A stretch of DNA of 64,000 bases from NCBI RefSeq assembly GCF_009914755.1, contig NC_060943.1. One strand, 5' to 3'. Position numbers and translations under genes: made by a program. Source of the DNA: the human T2T-CHM13v2.0 reference genome, Homo sapiens. Under the pieces are notes generated by a model. That model ran no database searches and was not told where the DNA came from. It was given only the letters and a program-made list of their open reading frames with translations. Shown in pieces: positions 51,861-64,000 of the stretch (within the stretch, counting starts at the first letter, position 1; each line of letters opens with the position of its first letter).

Positions 51861-52799
51861 AAGAGTGAAGGACATTTATGGTTGCAACTAACTGAAAATG
51901 ACATTCAGACTGACCTAAGTGGGGAGGGAAACTGGTAGTCTAGAAGTAGCCCTGACTTCAGGTGTGGCTGGATCCAGTGGCTTGGTACAACTAGGCATTT
52001 GTCTTGTTCATCAATATCTGTATAGATTAAGGGGGACTAGATCCGGGGAAGGCAGAAGCAATAGATGTCCGCTACACTGAATCAGAAAAAGGAGAGGAGG
52101 AAGTAGGAACTGCATGAAGAGACCCAGCCACAGCCTGCGGTTACTTTGGAGAGCTTCTTCCAAGTGGTTCATGGTGCTGAGCAACCCAGGACCTGGCTTA
52201 GCAGCATATTCCTTGGCCACAGTGGTTGGTTCCAGGACAGGCATAAGACCCAGCCTGGGCTGATGAAAGACAGCCCCAGAGCTTTCCAGAACTATTGGCA
52301 TAAAGAGGCACTCTGGCTGCTGAGCTCATGGGATACCAGCCTAGAACTACAAGTGGTCTTCTCTGTTTCCCAAATAAAGGGTCTACCCGAGAATGAAGCT
52401 AGACCTTGCATGGCTATGTTTCAATACTAGGTCTGGCAGTGTCTGAAGCCAACGCTACCCCCTGCAATTGTCAGCTGCAAGAGCCAACAAATTTCCTTTC
52501 CTGCTTAAGCCAATGTAGAATAGAATGTTCTAGGTTTTGCAGGGAATGGTGGCTCACGCCTGTAATCCCAGCACTTTGTGAGACTGAGGCGGGCAGATCA
52601 CTTGAGGTCAGGGGTTCAAGACCAGCCTGGCCAACATGGCAAAACCCCATCTCTACTAAAAATACAAAAATTAATTGGGCGTGGTGGCGCACACCTGTAA
52701 TCCCAGCTATGCGGGAGGCTGAGGCAAGAGAATCTCTTGAACCAGGAGGCAGAGGATGCAGTGAGCCGAAATAACGCCACTGCACTCCAACCTGGACTA

Positions 52800-52976
<177 letters not shown>

Positions 52977-53165
52977 CTAGGTGACAGAGATAAACTGTGT
53001 CTCAAAAAAAAAAAAAAAAAAAAAAAGGCTGGGCACAGTGGCTCACACCTGTAATCCCAGCACTTTGGGAGGCCGAGGCGGGCGGATCACAAGGTCAGGA
53101 GTTCGAGACCAGCCTGACCAACATGGTGAAACCCCGTCTCTACTAAAAATACAAAAAGTTAGCTA

Positions 53166-53388
<223 letters not shown>

Positions 53389-53587
53389 TGAGGTCAGGAG
53401 TTCGAAACCAGCCTGGCCAACATGGTGAAACCCCGTCTCTACTAAAATATACAAAAATTAGCCAGGCGTGATGGCAGGCGACTTAATCCCAGCTACTTGG
53501 GAGGCAGAGGCAAGAGAACCGTTTCAACCTGGGAGGCAGACGTTGCAGTGAGCAGAGTTCGAGCCATTGCACTCAAACCTGGGGGAT

Positions 53588-53607
53588 AAGAGCAAGACTT
53601 CTCTCAA

Positions 53608-53645
<38 letters not shown>
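53588..53645. repeat. (AAT)n microsatellite in an Alu tail
   Basis: About 19 AAT units. Confidence 0.9.
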
Positions 53646-53649
<4 letters not shown>

Positions 53650-54371
53650 TAAAAACAAAAATAAAAAATAAAAATTAAAAAAGAATGTTGTAGGTTTTTT
53701 CTTTGAAAAGGAAAAATATACAATTACATGTTGTTGGCTGTGGATTTATTTGAAACAAAAAGAAAAAATATACAATTAGAAAAATTCTACTGTTAGAAAT
53801 GAAGTCACCTTTTAATTACAGGGAAATCATTTAGATCTTAATGTGTTTATGTATTCCAGTGCTGTGGTGTAAAAACTTATTTTAGTCTGTGCTGATAAAA
53901 AATAACATTGTCATACAACAATTGGGGTGTATTTGTAAAAAAGAAAACAAAAGAAAAATAAATATATTGACAAACACGTGAACTAGAAAGTTTTGATAAT
54001 ATGGTTAATCAAGTAGAAGTGTGGTCTGAAGAAAGTCTGTTCTTCATGGAAACAGGTGGGCTTCTCAGCTATCCTGCTATTCAATAGAAAGATGGAGCCA
54101 GGCGTGGTGGCTCACGCACACCTGTAATCTCAGCACTTTGGGAGGCTGAGGCGGGTGGATCACTTGAGGCCAGGAGTTTGAGACCAGCCTGGCTAACATG
54201 GTTGAAACCCCATCTCTACTAAAAATACAAAAAATTAGCCGAGCCTGGTGGCGGCCGCCTGCAATCCCAGCTACTAGGGAGGCTGAGGCAAGAGAATTAC
54301 TTGAACCTGGGAGGTGGAGGTTGCAGTGAGCTGAGATCGTGCCATTGCACTCCTGGGTGACAAAGCGAGAC

Positions 54372-54648
54372 AAGAAAGGAAGGGAAGAGAAGGGAACGGG
54401 AGGGGAGGGGAGGGGAGGTAAGGGGAGGGGAGGGAAGGGGAGGGGAGGGGAGGGAAGGGGAGGGGAGGGGAGAGGAGGGAAGGGGAGGGGAGGGGAGAGA
54501 AGGGAAGGGCAGCGGAGGGGAGAGAAGGGAAGGGAAGGGCAGGGGAGGGGAGGGGAGGGAAGGGGAAAGAGAGAGAGAGAGACAGAGACAGAGAGAGAGA
54601 GAAAGACAGGAAAGAAAAGAAGGAAGGAAGGGAGGGAGGGAGGGAGGG
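54372..54648. repeat. Polypurine (GGGGA/GGAAG/GA) low-complexity tract
   Basis: About 275 nt almost free of pyrimidines on the plus strand. Confidence 0.9.
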
Positions 54649-54674
54649 ATCCTCTTACTGGGCTGTTATTATGA

Positions 54675-54970
54675 AGCCTGTTTTTAAAATCACTTTTATT
54701 GAGATATCATTTATGTACAATAAAAATGCACCCATCTTAAGTGTAAAGTTCAATGAGTTTTGACAAATCTGTGCACCCGTGCAACCACCACCACAATCGT
54801 TATATAGAATATTTCCAACACCTCAGAAAGTTCTCCCATGCCTTTTTGCAGTCAACCCTCCTCTCATGGCCCCAGGAAACCTCTGCTGTGCTCTCTGCCA
54901 CCGTAGATTAGTTTTGCCTATTTTAGAATTTCTATAAACGAAAGCACACACACAGTACATATTCTTTTCC
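54675..54970 (-). mobile_element. Old L1M 3'-end fragment in the NPHS1 3' UTR
   Basis: Reverse complement of a typical L1M 3' end (TTTATTGAGATA...TTTTGACAAAT...ACCACCACCACAATC). Confidence 0.7.
54695..54700 (-). terminator. Probable NPHS1 polyadenylation signal AATAAA at the 3' end of an old L1 fragment
   Basis: tttatt on the plus strand about 1.1 kb past the stop codon. Competing AATAAA copies lie in the Alu tail at about 55235-55265. Confidence 0.55.
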
Positions 54971-55157
54971 TCTAGCTTCTTTTGATTGTCTGTTTATTTT
55001 AATGCTTATGGAGCATACTTATGTTTACATGTGTCATAGTTTATGCCTCCTGTGTTAGATAACTGTCGGAAATAATAAAATAATAGGTAGGATGCAACAT
55101 GGATTCATAAATTCCACTTATTATTAGCTATTTCAGACGTCATGGAATGCAAAATGA

Positions 55158-64000
<8,843 letters not shown>

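Overview
Human (primate) genomic DNA, very Alu-rich and GC-rich, recognisable from its genes as the 19q13.12 ARHGAP33-PRODH2-NPHS1 interval. It holds the complete ARHGAP33 gene (+; 21 coding exons, 3864 nt = 1287 aa), the complete PRODH2 gene (-; 10 coding exons, 1383 nt = 460 aa) and the last six exons plus 3' UTR of NPHS1/nephrin (-). The main finding lies on the minus strand between ARHGAP33 and PRODH2 (about 18.2-27.2 kb, where I recall only the lncRNA LINC01529 being annotated). It is an intron-containing paralog of the germ-cell intercellular-bridge gene TEX14, with ankyrin repeats and a full pseudokinase domain, reconstructable exon by exon. It is disabled by frameshifts, a nonsense codon and a dead splice acceptor. 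Other observations: a 3x65-bp tandem repeat that triplicates a PRODH2 splice donor; an Alu-derived in-frame N-terminal extension of PRODH2; a strong-Kozak in-frame uORF, an exitron and an in-frame internal acceptor in ARHGAP33; and an L1-donated poly(A) signal for NPHS1. Gene names and TEX14 comparisons come from recalled protein sequences, not from database searches. Repeat boundaries and subfamilies are approximate.
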